Source of the DNA: an uncultured Solirubrobacteraceae bacterium
GTDB taxonomy: Bacteria > Actinomycetota > Thermoleophilia > Solirubrobacterales > Solirubrobacteraceae
Direction of reading: 5' to 3'
Assembly (NCBI GenBank): GCA_964588985.1
Contig: CAZPQW010000011.1
Location: 32,001 to 96,000, forward strand
Length of the DNA: 64,000 nucleotides
The notes beneath the pieces are model-generated. The model made no database searches and was not told where the DNA came from. It saw nothing but the letters and a program-made list of their open reading frames with translations. This document shows, one piece after another, positions 18,891-28,774 of the stretch. Both the position numbers and the translations under genes were made by a program. The stretch's first letter is position 1, and each line of letters begins with the position of its first letter.

Positions 18891-19799
18891 ATGGGTCAGC
18901 GACTTTTCATCTTCGTGCAGATGGAGTTCCCGTGGATCCTCGGCCCGCCCGACGGTAGGTACCTGCTGCGCGCCGAGCGGGACGGAGAGCCGGAGCGCGT
19001 CGTGGTGATCGACACGCTGGCGGCCACTCGCGACCGAAAGGCGGCTCGCGGCGGATCGATCCTCAGGCGCTCGAGCCCCACCGAGGCCCCACCGGAACCC
19101 GATCCCGAGTCGGTCAGCACGACGCGCGTGACGGTGATCGATCCGATCTCGCTGTCGTCCGAGAACCAGGCCCGTGCTTGGCTCGAGGATCTGGGTGGCG
19201 ATCGCGAGGTGCTCGCCGCCGTCGCGGTCGTCAACCGCGTTCTGTACTCGCATCGCATCGCCTCCGCGGACCCCCACGTCCACGAGGTCTCCCCCGCCCA
19301 GGCGCTCGCGATCAGGGCCGGCTGGGGCGAGGGCGAGCAGGTGGCCGACGGTCGCTGGCTGCACGCGCGCGTGCTGCCGTGGAAGCGTCCCGGCCACGGC
19401 TCGGGCGGCGCACTGCGAGTTGGCCGCGCGCGGTCGCTCGCGCTTCGCCCCCAGGAGCGCCTCGCGGAGCTGCTGGGCGCCCACGGGCAGGCGTTGGGAT
19501 GCGAGGAGCTGGCCCTGCGCGCACGTCTGGACCTGGACCACGGGCGCACGCGCCTCGCGGCGCTCGAGCTCGATCGAGCGCTCGCGCTGGCCGCCACCGA
19601 GCTGCGGTCGGAGACCCGGCCGGACCTCGACATCCGCATCGCCGAGCTCGAACAGCTGCACACGGGCGTCGTCGAGCAGGCGACCGGCGCGCTGGCAAAG
19701 GAGGTCGCGGAGCTGGACGTGGAGGCCGTGACCCACGCGCTGGAGCGGCTCGAGGCGGCGCTGCGCGCGCGTTCGGCCACGGGCTTTAGTCTGCAGTGA
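18891..19799 (+). CDS. Hypothetical protein
   Basis: Protein-like composition from ATG 18891 within ORF 18708-19799; stop overlaps the downstream AKR start. Confidence 0.7.
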   Translation: MGQRLFIFVQMEFPWILGPPDGRYLLRAERDGEPERVVVIDTLAATRDRKAARGGSILRRSSPTEAPPEPDPESVSTTRVTVIDPISLSSENQARAWLEDLGGDREVLAAVAVVNRVLYSHRIASADPHVHEVSPAQALAIRAGWGEGEQVADGRWLHARVLPWKRPGHGSGGALRVGRARSLALRPQERLAELLGAHGQALGCEELALRARLDLDHGRTRLAALELDRALALAATELRSETRPDLDIRIAELEQLHTGVVEQATGALAKEVAELDVEAVTHALERLEAALRARSATGFSLQ

Positions 19800-20935
19800 C
19801 GATGGATCCGACGACCACGGCGATAGGAACCTGGAGCGGCGGGCGCTTCATGCACTTCGGCGAGCCGTTGGAGGACGAGCGCCTGAGCGCACTCCTGCGT
19901 CCGGGCGAAGGCATCGACACGGTGATCACCGCGGACGTGTACGGCAGCGGGGAGGCGGATCTCGCGCTCGGCCGAGCGCTCGAGGGTCTCCGACGCGAGG
20001 ACTACTGCCTCGTGGGCGCTATCGGGCACGACTTCTACACGGGCGAGCGCGACGGCGCGAAGGGCTTTCCCCGCTTCACCGACCCGCTACTGCGAGGCGA
20101 GGCGGACTACGCGCGGTACATCCGCGAGGCCACCGAGCGCAGCCTCGAGCGCTGCGGGGTGGAGCGCTTCGATCTGCTGCTGCTGCACAACCCCGACCAC
20201 GTCGGCTACTCGAGCCCGGTCGTGTGGGAGGGCATGCGGGCGGTCCGCGACGCCGGACTCACCGAGCGCCTGGGCGTCGCGCCGGGCCCGGCGAACGGCT
20301 TCACGCTCGACCTGATCGACTGCTTCGAGCGCTTCGCTGAGCTGATCGACTGGGCGATGATCATCCTCGGCCCGCTCGAGCCGTGGCCCGGCGAGCTCGT
20401 GCTCGACGCCGCGGCCAAACACGACGTGAGCCTGATCACGCGAGTGGTCGACTACGGCGGGATGTTTCACGACGACGTGCTGCCCGGCCACGCCTTCGCG
20501 CCCTACGACCACCGCAAGTTCCGTCCCGACGGCTGGGTGCAGGCGGGCAGGGAGAAGCTCGAGCTGATGCGCCCCTACGCGGAGCGCCACAGTCTGACGA
20601 TGCTGCAGCTCGCGTGCGCGTGGAACCTGTCTCTGCCGGGCGTGCGCTGCGTGGTCCCGTCGTTGATCCAGGAGAGCGGAGCGCACGCGCGCGCGATCGA
20701 GGACAAGCGCGCCGAGCTGGCCGCCGTCACGGCGGATGCGATCCTCAGCGAAGAGGAGGTGGAGGCGATCCGCGCGATCGGCGAGAACACCGGCTGCATG
20801 GCGCTGAAGGGCGCCAGCCTCGAACACCAGGGGTCGGCGCTCGCAGACAGATGGAGCGTCGACGATCAGCTCTCTCAGGTGGCCGGCCGCTGGGGCATCG
20901 ACCCCGATCGGGACCTGCTGCCGCACGCGGTCTAG
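19796..20935 (+). CDS. Aldo/keto reductase family protein
   Basis: IGTW, TADVYG.GE, SLERCG..RFDLLLLHNPD, LQLACAWNL. Confidence 0.88.
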   Translation: MTMDPTTTAIGTWSGGRFMHFGEPLEDERLSALLRPGEGIDTVITADVYGSGEADLALGRALEGLRREDYCLVGAIGHDFYTGERDGAKGFPRFTDPLLRGEADYARYIREATERSLERCGVERFDLLLLHNPDHVGYSSPVVWEGMRAVRDAGLTERLGVAPGPANGFTLDLIDCFERFAELIDWAMIILGPLEPWPGELVLDAAAKHDVSLITRVVDYGGMFHDDVLPGHAFAPYDHRKFRPDGWVQAGREKLELMRPYAERHSLTMLQLACAWNLSLPGVRCVVPSLIQESGAHARAIEDKRAELAAVTADAILSEEEVEAIRAIGENTGCMALKGASLEHQGSALADRWSVDDQLSQVAGRWGIDPDRDLLPHAV

Positions 20936-21597
20936 AGCCCCAGCCGCCCCGGCAGCTCCTCCATCGCATCCAGAATCTCCGCACCGGCTTGCCTCAGCGC
21001 GTCCTCGTCGCTGTCAGCGGCGTAGCCGAACACGCGCATCCCGGCCGCCACAGCGGCCACCACACCCGACGGCGTGTCCTCCACGACGACGCACGCGGAC
21101 GGATCGACTCCCATCGTGCTCGCCGCATGGAGAAAGAGATCGGGATGCGGCTTGCCGCGCGCGACGGAGTGCGCCGAGAACAGGGCACGATCGGCGAACA
21201 GGTAGCCGAGACCTGTGAGCTGGAGCGAGAGCCGCGTCTTCTCGAGCTTGCCCTGCGAGGCCACGCAAACGGCCAGTCCCGCATCGCGCACCTGCGCGAC
21301 TGCCGCGGCGGCCCCATCCACAGCTCGCAGCTCCCGTCGAAATACCTCCGCGCGCGTGCGCTCGTAGCTCTCGAGCCAGCCCGGGGGCAACGAGCGACCG
21401 AGCTCCGCCTCGGCCGCGATCCCGATGTCGCCGAGCAGCAACCCCTGGTAGTCGCGGCGAGCCTCCTCGAGCGTCTTCGAAAGCCCCTCCTCGCTCAGCA
21501 TGCGTGCGAGCACGTCGTTTGAGATCCGCTCGCTGTCGACGAGCACACCGTCGCAATCGAAGATGACCAGCTCGGGCTCCCGCCCGACGGCGCTCAC
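20932..21597 (-). CDS. HAD-superfamily hydrolase (subfamily IA)
   Basis: VIFDCDGVLVDSE, GKPHPDLFLHAA, VVEDTPSGV.AA.AAGM; start GTG 21597. Confidence 0.92.
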   Translation of the reverse strand: MSAVGREPELVIFDCDGVLVDSERISNDVLARMLSEEGLSKTLEEARRDYQGLLLGDIGIAAEAELGRSLPPGWLESYERTRAEVFRRELRAVDGAAAAVAQVRDAGLAVCVASQGKLEKTRLSLQLTGLGYLFADRALFSAHSVARGKPHPDLFLHAASTMGVDPSACVVVEDTPSGVVAAVAAGMRVFGYAADSDEDALRQAGAEILDAMEELPGRLGL

Positions 21598-22166
21598 GGC
21601 GACAGGCGCGTGGTGCGCCATCCCTCCTCGGCCCGCTCGAACAGCAGGCGCTCGTGCATCCTGTCGGGCGCTTGGGTCCAGAACTCGACCGCTTCGGGAA
21701 CGACGCGGATGGCTCCCCAGTCGGGCGGACACTGGGGAGGAGCCTCGAGCACGTTCATGAGATGCGCGTGGCGGGCGCGCAGCGGCTCGATGTCCTCGAT
21801 CGGCGTGCCCTGTCGGGAGACGAGCGTCTGGACCCGGTGTGAGATGTCCCGCTCGGAGAACAGCTCGAGCGCGAGCGCTCGCTCGGCCACCTTCGCCTCA
21901 CCGGTCACGTGCACCTGCCGGCCGACGGTGGGCCAGTGGAAAAGAAGAGCCACGTTCGGATTGCTCTCGATCTCGCGAGCTTTGCGGGTCCACAGCGCGG
22001 AGGTGAACACGAGCGCGTCGCCCTCCACGCGCTTGAGCGACACGGTCCGCGCGGACGGTCGCCCATCCGCGCCGACGGTGACGAACGCGACTGCAGCGGG
22101 CTCCGGTGCTCCCGCCGATCGCGCGTCGCCCAACCAGCGATTCAGCAGCGCGATCGGATCGCTCAT
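21594..22166 (-). CDS. pdxH: Pyridoxamine 5'-phosphate oxidase family protein
   Basis: DPI.L...W..DA, G.PSARTVSLK, RK..EI..NP.VALLFHW, RQV, VSRQ, WG..RVVP..VEFW....RMHER. Confidence 0.82.
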   Translation of the reverse strand: MSDPIALLNRWLGDARSAGAPEPAAVAFVTVGADGRPSARTVSLKRVEGDALVFTSALWTRKAREIESNPNVALLFHWPTVGRQVHVTGEAKVAERALALELFSERDISHRVQTLVSRQGTPIEDIEPLRARHAHLMNVLEAPPQCPPDWGAIRVVPEAVEFWTQAPDRMHERLLFERAEEGWRTTRLSP

Positions 22167-22182
22167 GAGGGTCCTGACGCTA

Positions 22183-22683
22183 CTACATGTGCAGGTTGCC
22201 GATCACCTGGACTTCGGCGTTGGAGTTGTTGCGGTCGAGCACGCCGTAGAAGCCGCCCTTGCCGGAGATGTGCGCGTAGCGACCGGTCCCGCCTACGATC
22301 GTGGCGGTGCCTCCGAAGCTTTCATAGCGACCGTTGCCTGAGTGGAGTTTCGCGCTGCCGTGACCGGAGATCGAGCCGCCGCCGAGGTGAAACGTAAAGC
22401 TCGACGTGGTGGTGCTTCCGTTGAAGCTCAGTGTCGCGTGCGCCGTGCCCACGAGCGTGCCTGTGGCACGACCTTCCTCGGTCAGTGTGTTCCCGTTCGC
22501 GTTCAGCAGGTGCATCTTGGCCGCGTCTCGCACCACCAGGATCCGCGCCGTCACCGCGCTCGGCTGCCGCGACTCGCCGCGAGCGAGGCCCGCGGCGATG
22601 CCGCCGTCCAACGCCCCGCCGGCGACCGCCGCCACGGCGACCGCCGCGGCGAACATCCGGGTCTTGTTACCTGGGCGCACCAT
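22183..22683 (-). CDS. Secreted beta-rich hypothetical protein (dirigent/allene-oxide-cyclase-like motif)
   Basis: Signal-peptide-like MFAAAVAVAAVAGG..GIAAGLA; Gly/Thr-rich strands with IVGGTGRYAHISGKG; start 22683 or 22749 (ATGA overlap with the DUF2600 stop). Confidence 0.65.
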   Translation of the reverse strand: MVRPGNKTRMFAAAVAVAAVAGGALDGGIAAGLARGESRQPSAVTARILVVRDAAKMHLLNANGNTLTEEGRATGTLVGTAHATLSFNGSTTTSSFTFHLGGGSISGHGSAKLHSGNGRYESFGGTATIVGGTGRYAHISGKGGFYGVLDRNNSNAEVQVIGNLHM

Positions 22684-22745
22684 CAGCCCAACATATCCGG
22701 CAGTCGTGGAGCCCGGCGACAGTGTTTCCATCTGCGTCGAGGAGC

Positions 22746-23852
22746 TCATATGCGAGGCTCGCGCCCACTCCCAGACCGCGTGCGGCCCGCCGCGCGACGC
22801 GCGCGAAGCACCCACATGCTCGGTGTCGCCGCTCCCCCGAGCACAGCAAGGATGCGTTCGGATATGGGCGCGGCCTCGGGAAGGGAAGCCTCGGGGGCCG
22901 TCAGATAGAGACTGACCATGCCGGCGAGGATGAGGGCGTGCAGATCGCCGCCGCGCAGTCCGCGAGCCGCCCCCAGTGCCCGCTCGGTGATCATCTGTAA
23001 ACGCGCGCCCGCTTCCTCGGCTGAGCTGTAGTGAGACAGCAGGCTGACCTGTCCGGCGCCGGCGTCCTCACCTAGGTCGACGAGGCTGTCGAGCAGTGTG
23101 TGCAGAGCACCGATCCACGGGTAGTAGGCCCGCTCGATCGCGGCGATGTCCCCTGAGCTGAGCCGCGGATCAGCGGCGGCCGCGAGCAGCGCGAGGACCG
23201 CCAGCGAGGAGGCGCCGGCGGCGGCCGTCTCCCACCATTGCAGGGCTGAGTCTGGCGAGGTTTGATCGTCTGCCCAGCGCGCAAGAGCGCTGTGATCGCC
23301 CTGATTGAGTGCTTGATAGGCGATGATTCGAGTAATCGCAGCCTCGGTGGGCCCTGAAGCTGGACGGTTGTTCGACATTTGAGCGAGCGCACCGCGAGTC
23401 GTGTCGATCATGTCCAGGAGGTAGCCACCATCCTCGGAGCTCGCGCAAAGCGCGTAGTAGTCGTCGTGAGGGACCCCCGGTTGCAGCGCGCGCAGCAGTG
23501 CCAGGTGCAGCTGCCGCGCGTTTGCCGAGCGATCTCCGCAGGGCTGCTCGGCGAGCAGGTCGGCGTAGTCGTAGGCGGCCTGCCAGGCGACGATCATCCG
23601 CACCGTCAAAGCGCGGCTCCTGCTGGGCACAAGCACCGCAAACGCGGCTGCTCCCTCGATATTTCCGCGCTTCGACAGCTGCGCCTCGAGCGCGACCCGA
23701 CGCAGCAACGGATCGTCGATCGAGGCGGCACGAGCCTTCCAGTGGCGCATCTCCCGAGCGAGGTGGGGATATACGCCCAACCAGTAACGCAACGCCGTCT
23801 GAACAAACAAGGCCCCCGATGAGAAACGCCTCCATGTTGTGCTCATACGCAC
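22746..23852 (-). CDS. DUF2600 / YtpB-like (tetraprenyl-beta-curcumene synthase family, class IB terpene synthase) protein, copy 1
   Basis: YP.L.RE..HW..RA..IDDP.LR..AL, VAWQ..YDYADLLAE, DGGYL, WWE.AA.ASSL..LAL.A.A, AYYPWIGALH.LLDSLVD..ED, L..GMV.LYL. Confidence 0.82.
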   Translation of the reverse strand: MRMSTTWRRFSSGALFVQTALRYWLGVYPHLAREMRHWKARAASIDDPLLRRVALEAQLSKRGNIEGAAAFAVLVPSRSRALTVRMIVAWQAAYDYADLLAEQPCGDRSANARQLHLALLRALQPGVPHDDYYALCASSEDGGYLLDMIDTTRGALAQMSNNRPASGPTEAAITRIIAYQALNQGDHSALARWADDQTSPDSALQWWETAAAGASSLAVLALLAAAADPRLSSGDIAAIERAYYPWIGALHTLLDSLVDLGEDAGAGQVSLLSHYSSAEEAGARLQMITERALGAARGLRGGDLHALILAGMVSLYLTAPEASLPEAAPISERILAVLGGAATPSMWVLRARRAAGRTRSGSGREPRI

Positions 23853-23904
23853 AACATCGCCAGCGAACCGCCGCTGCCAAAGTCAGCTGACTGCTAAACC
23901 TGTG

Positions 23905-26472
23905 TCACTCCTGAAAGCTCGTCTGGGCCGATACGCGCGCCGCGGAAAGGCCCGGGAGGGCGACAACTGTGAGCGCGATGCCCCCGACGAGCAACAGCGT
24001 GAGCAGCACCTGCACCAGCCCAAGAGAGAAGGGCGCGGGGAACCCCGTCGTCAGTTTCAGCCACCGGCTCGCGAGTGCGTGGCCGTAGAGTCCGAAGATC
24101 GCGCCGTCGGCGCAACCGATCCCGAGGACGATGCCGCTCTCCAGCAAAAGCGAGCGCCACAGTTGGCGGCTGTCGAAGCCCTGGGACTTCAACGAGGCGA
24201 GCCTGTCCCGCCGCTGCCAGATCGCGGCGCTGAGCGCAAACGCAACCGACAGCGCAGCCACCAGTAGCAGCAGCGTCGATATCTGCCCCAGGCTCCGCAG
24301 GGCCTGCCTGGCGTTCGCACGGAACTGCGCTTCGCGCTGGCCACGCGTCTGCACCGACAGCCCCGGGCGCGCACCGATCGCCGCCTGAACCGATCGCACG
24401 CCCTGAGTCGGCGTCACCCCCGGCCGGAGGTTGACCTCCAGAGCCGCGGGATTCGTGGTCTGCCAGCCTCGACGGAAATCGGCTGTCGACATCGTGATCG
24501 CTCCCGCCGGCCATCCCACGTTCGTGGTGACCGCAGCCACACCAAGGCGCTGTTGCCCCGACGGTGTGGGCAGAGTGAAGCTACCGCCGACCTCGAGGTG
24601 GCGTTCGTCCGCGAACCCATCCGAGACCGCGGCCCAGCCGCCTTGACGCAGCAGGCTCGTGGCGTGGGCGAGGTTGCCCTCCAGCAACTGCGAGGACTGG
24701 ATCATCGCGCTGTCGCTCGGCGGCCGCGCGCGAATCCACAGCCTGCGTTTGCCGACGTCCAGGAGTGCGCCCTGATACACGCGCACCGAGGCCACGTCGC
24801 GCGTGCGGGCGATCCTGTCCACCGCGCCGCGAGCCAGGAAGCTGTCCGTGGTGAACACGTTTTCTCCGGTGGTCACCCACACGTCGGCGGTACCCAGATA
24901 CTGAGTGATCGCCGCGTTCAGGCCCGTGGTCAGATCGTGTCGTGCGCCCTGTATGGCCACGCTCCCGTACACCGCCAGCGCCGCCACGCTGGCAAGCGCG
25001 ACCGAGCGCGTGGCCGTGGCGCGCAGTTCGACCACCGCGAGCGCAAGCATGCTGCCGCGCAGACGCTCGCTGACCGGAGCGATCGCGGCGCCTGTGAGCG
25101 CGAAGATGCCCGGGCTCAGGCACGCGGCGGCGAGCGCGAGCAGCACTCCACCGACGATCGTCAGGCTGGGCGCCGCGAGCACCACGATCGTCACGGCCGC
25201 CAACAGCGTCAGGCCGATCGTGGTGAGCAGTGCGATCGAGCTCGTGCCAATGCCGTGGCCCACCTCACCCCGCTCGTGGAGAACCGCATCCACGGGACGC
25301 CGGGGATTCATGTCGAAGGTCGGCGGCAGCGATGCGAGCAATGCGGCGAGCACACCGCACGCCGTGGCCAGAAGGACCGTCGTCGTATGCACCACCTGGT
25401 GCGATCCGATCGGAAACGCAAACGTGAGGTAGCTGGGGATTTCGCGGAACAGCGTGCGCGACAGCAGACTCCCCGCGGCCACGCCCGCGAGCGAGGCGAC
25501 AACCCCGAGCATCACCGCCTGCGAGGCGAGGATCAGTAACACCTGCCGAGGTCCGAAGCCCTGTGTGCGCAGCTCCGCGACGAAGCGACGACGCTCGGGC
25601 ACCGTCAGCAGCATCGCGTTGAGCGCGAGCAGAAACCCGACCATCGCGCTGATCGCCGCGAACAGCGTCGTCGACTGGCTGGTCGGGCGAGCGGCCTGTT
25701 CGAGCAGCGCCAGCTCGTGATCGGCTGGCTCCACGTCGAGCCGCCCGCCCGCCAACCCGCGCAGCTCGCGTTCGACGCGTGCGTCCTGGCCCGCCTGAGG
25801 CTGAACCAGCACCTGCGTGACTCGTCGCGACTTGTCGGTGAGGCTCTGCGCCACCGGCAGCAGCGCCAAGACGATCGGGCTGTTTGCCACGGGCCCCACG
25901 ATCTGTTCGGGTAGGACCGCGCGCACGATCGCGGCGTGAGAGTCGCCGCTGGAGCGGATCTCGACCGACTGCCCGGCCTCGGCGTTCACGGCCGCCGCGA
26001 CGCTCGACGGGAGTCCGACTCCTCCTGTCAACAGCGACGTCCCGGCCCCGAGGTTCTTCGTTGCCGTGGTGTTGAGCGTGACCAGACTTGCTGTCACGCC
26101 GAGCACCTGGATCACCTGACGCCCCTTCGGCCCGACGATCACAGCGTCCTCTTTCAGGACCGGTGAGGCGACCCTCACTCCCGGCAGTTCTCCGACTCGC
26201 GTCGCCAACCGTTCGTCGAACCCACTGGAGGAGCGCGACACGAGCTGGAGGCGCGCGGTTCCCGTCACTGCGTGGACGAGGTCGCCGGCCGAGCTGACGA
26301 TGCTGGTGTTCGCGACGAGCACTCCGAACATCAGCGCCACGCCCGTCGCGATCCCCAAGCCAGCGAGCAGCTCCTGGATCTTGTGGTCCTTCAGCCGCCA
26401 GCGATAGAGGTCGATCAACGCGCTCAGCCGCACACCGAGCACGGCCGGCTTCGGCATTCTGCTGGGCATCAT
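23905..26472 (-). CDS. FtsX/MacB-type ABC transporter permease (two FtsX repeats), copy 1
   Basis: LLAGLGIATGVALMFGV, large extracytoplasmic domains, ERRRFVAELR..G and QRR..LASLKSQG FtsX motifs; start 26472 overlaps the ATPase stop. Confidence 0.9.
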   Translation of the reverse strand: MMPSRMPKPAVLGVRLSALIDLYRWRLKDHKIQELLAGLGIATGVALMFGVLVANTSIVSSAGDLVHAVTGTARLQLVSRSSSGFDERLATRVGELPGVRVASPVLKEDAVIVGPKGRQVIQVLGVTASLVTLNTTATKNLGAGTSLLTGGVGLPSSVAAAVNAEAGQSVEIRSSGDSHAAIVRAVLPEQIVGPVANSPIVLALLPVAQSLTDKSRRVTQVLVQPQAGQDARVERELRGLAGGRLDVEPADHELALLEQAARPTSQSTTLFAAISAMVGFLLALNAMLLTVPERRRFVAELRTQGFGPRQVLLILASQAVMLGVVASLAGVAAGSLLSRTLFREIPSYLTFAFPIGSHQVVHTTTVLLATACGVLAALLASLPPTFDMNPRRPVDAVLHERGEVGHGIGTSSIALLTTIGLTLLAAVTIVVLAAPSLTIVGGVLLALAAACLSPGIFALTGAAIAPVSERLRGSMLALAVVELRATATRSVALASVAALAVYGSVAIQGARHDLTTGLNAAITQYLGTADVWVTTGENVFTTDSFLARGAVDRIARTRDVASVRVYQGALLDVGKRRLWIRARPPSDSAMIQSSQLLEGNLAHATSLLRQGGWAAVSDGFADERHLEVGGSFTLPTPSGQQRLGVAAVTTNVGWPAGAITMSTADFRRGWQTTNPAALEVNLRPGVTPTQGVRSVQAAIGARPGLSVQTRGQREAQFRANARQALRSLGQISTLLLLVAALSVAFALSAAIWQRRDRLASLKSQGFDSRQLWRSLLLESGIVLGIGCADGAIFGLYGHALASRWLKLTTGFPAPFSLGLVQVLLTLLLVGGIALTVVALPGLSAARVSAQTSFQE

Positions 26473-27176
26473 CCAGCCGACGCAGGGACCAGATCTGGGT
26501 CCAAACCGTCGGACAGACGCCCGTCTTTGAGCGTATAGACACGGTCGACGAGCTGGCTCGCATGCGGATCGTGCGTTACCAGCAGGCCCGGCGTCTGGTG
26601 TTCGTGGCAGATATCGCGCAGCAGTTCGAGGGTCTGACTGCTGCGACGCGAGTCGAGGTTGCCCGTCGGCTCGTCGGTGAGCAGCAGCCGCGGCTCGTTG
26701 ACCAACGCCCGTGCGATCGCAACCCGCTGGCGCTCGCCCATCGACAGCCGGTCGGGCGTGTGTTCGGCTCGGGCGCCCAGCCCCACCCGCTCCAGCCACG
26801 GCTGCGCTCTTCGCCTGGCCTCACGCAGGCTCAGCCCGTGTCCCAGAAGCTTGATCGCGGCGTTGTCGAGCGCGGAGGCGCCGGAGATCAGATGGAACGT
26901 CTGGAAGACGAAGCCGACATCGTGGAGGCGATATGCGGCGCTCTCGGCCGCGCTCATACGCGAGACCTCGCTCCCGTCGAAGTGGATGCTCCCCTCGTCG
27001 GGCGTGAGCAGTCCGGCGGAGAGCAAGAGCAGCGTCGTCTTGCCGGACCCGCTGGGGCCGTACAGCGCTACGAACTCGCCCTCGGAGACCGTCAGCGAGA
27101 CACCGTCGACCGCGTTTACGACCTCGGCGCCACTTGGATAGTGCTTGACGACATCTCGCAGCTCCAGTGCGCTCAC
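26469..27176 (-). CDS. ABC transporter ATP-binding protein, LolD/MacB type, copy 1
   Basis: [43 protein letters not shown]; start GTG 27176. Confidence 0.93.
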   Translation of the reverse strand: MSALELRDVVKHYPSGAEVVNAVDGVSLTVSEGEFVALYGPSGSGKTTLLLLSAGLLTPDEGSIHFDGSEVSRMSAAESAAYRLHDVGFVFQTFHLISGASALDNAAIKLLGHGLSLREARRRAQPWLERVGLGARAEHTPDRLSMGERQRVAIARALVNEPRLLLTDEPTGNLDSRRSSQTLELLRDICHEHQTPGLLVTHDPHASQLVDRVYTLKDGRLSDGLDPDLVPASAG

Positions 27177-27916
27177 GGCGAGGAGCGCGCCCTGCCATAC
27201 GCACGCTGGTCCGGAAATTGGACGACCGTGCCAGCCTGGTCCATCGAGCGTAGCCGTCCCTGATCGATCGACATGATCCGGTGCGCACGGCGCAGGGGCG
27301 CCACGTCCTCGGAGGCGACCACGATCGCCACCCGCGAGTCCTTGCCAAGCGAGCACAGCAGGTCGTAGAGCTCCACGCCCTCGCTCGGGCTGAGCAGCAC
27401 CGCCGGCTCGTCGATCAGCAGCAGTCTCGGCTTGTGCACAAACGCGCGGGCGAGGGCGACCCTGACGCGCTCGACGCGTGAGAGGCGATCGGTGGCCATG
27501 TACGCGCAACGCGAGACGCCCATCCTTTCGAGCGCGAGATGAGCCGGCTCCTTGGCCTCGCGCAGGCTCATGCCATCGCTCAGCAGCGGCAGCGCCACGT
27601 GCTCGACGACCGGCTTGTTGCGTCCCGGACGCCAGTCGGTCGACACGAGCCCAATGCCGCCGTAGCGCTGCAGCTTCGCGCGCGCGTCCGCGGACATGCT
27701 CCCCACGTCGCGACCGTCGAACCACACAGACCCCGAGTCGGGGAGTTCCGTGGCCGCTGCCACCCGCAGCAGCGTCGTCTTGCCGGATCGCCGCACGCCC
27801 CATATGCCGACGAAGTCGCCCTCGTCGATTTCCAGCGACAGATCGTCGAGAGCTCGAATCTCCCCACGGCCATCCGCATAGGACTTCGTGACGTGCTGCA
27901 GCGAGAGGAGACTCAT
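27173..27916 (-). CDS. Degenerate ABC ATP-binding protein, copy 1
   Basis: ABC fold with GVRRSGKT Walker A, no Q-loop Gln, LSRVE signature, IDEP, and ASED in place of the H-loop. Confidence 0.88.
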   Translation of the reverse strand: MSLLSLQHVTKSYADGRGEIRALDDLSLEIDEGDFVGIWGVRRSGKTTLLRVAAATELPDSGSVWFDGRDVGSMSADARAKLQRYGGIGLVSTDWRPGRNKPVVEHVALPLLSDGMSLREAKEPAHLALERMGVSRCAYMATDRLSRVERVRVALARAFVHKPRLLLIDEPAVLLSPSEGVELYDLLCSLGKDSRVAIVVASEDVAPLRRAHRIMSIDQGRLRSMDQAGTVVQFPDQRAYGRARSSP

Positions 27917-28515
27917 CGCATCCTGCCTGTCGACTCATTGGCTACGAACTCCGCGATCCACCGTCGCGCCATGACGATCCATCGCAACTCCGCTTGAAGG
28001 CTCTCATCGACCGCCATCCGCGTCAAGTTCATCGCGAGGCCCGCCCACGAGCCCATCGGCACCTCGGCTTCCTGGGTCTTGTGCAGCATCGCGAAGCAGT
28101 CGCGTTCGTAGTCGTCGAGCGCGCTCAGAAGCTGGGGCGCGTGTCGCGCGCTCGACATCGCGATCTTCGCCTGCAGCTCCGCGCGCATCGGCTCCTTGCC
28201 GACTGGGGTTTCCATCCACGCAGCCACAACCGACTCGGCCCGCTCGGTCGCCAAGTAGACGCGCTGCCCATCGCCCACCCGCCCCGTCGCCTCCTTGATG
28301 CTCGAGGAGACGAGCCCGTCCTCCTCGAGCCGATCGAGCGTTCCGTAGACGCTCTGCCGGGTCACGCGCCACGCCGGGCCGAGACGCCGCTCGACGAGAG
28401 TTCCCAGGCGGTATCCGCCAAGCGGCTGATCGCCCTCGCTCACGAGCAGCGCGAGGAGCGCCCCCCGCAAGGGCGAGCCTCCCACCTGCTTCTTCTCCGG
28501 CATCGCCGCTGACAT
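27913..28515 (-). CDS. PadR family transcriptional regulator (AphA-like, long C-terminal domain), copy 1
   Basis: LRGALLALL, GY.L, W......VYGTLDRLE..GLV, RVY..T, C-terminal LQAELRW; start ATG 28515. Confidence 0.88.
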   Translation of the reverse strand: MSAAMPEKKQVGGSPLRGALLALLVSEGDQPLGGYRLGTLVERRLGPAWRVTRQSVYGTLDRLEEDGLVSSSIKEATGRVGDGQRVYLATERAESVVAAWMETPVGKEPMRAELQAKIAMSSARHAPQLLSALDDYERDCFAMLHKTQEAEVPMGSWAGLAMNLTRMAVDESLQAELRWIVMARRWIAEFVANESTGRMR

Positions 28516-28774
28516 CGCGCTCCACCCCCAAGTCGAGAGCCGTTTGGCAACAAGAACGATACGTGAAACTTCGATCGGTCGATAGATCGTTGGTCTGGAC
28601 AAAACTATCCCGACCAGCTGGCTGAGCCTTTCACATCCTGCGTATTACTGCTCGCATCTCGCATAGCGACAATGTTTACCGGGACATCCCGAACGTTTCT
28701 CACTGTTTATGAGTTGACAACCCATCAGGCGTGACCTATACAACGCGCGTCTGGCCGACGATCATCGCGCGTAC

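Noticed and set aside
23881-23892. Perfect 12-bp palindrome AGTCAGCTGACT between permease and DUF2600 copy 1
   Set aside because: No counterpart in the equivalent gap of copy 2; cannot be distinguished from chance
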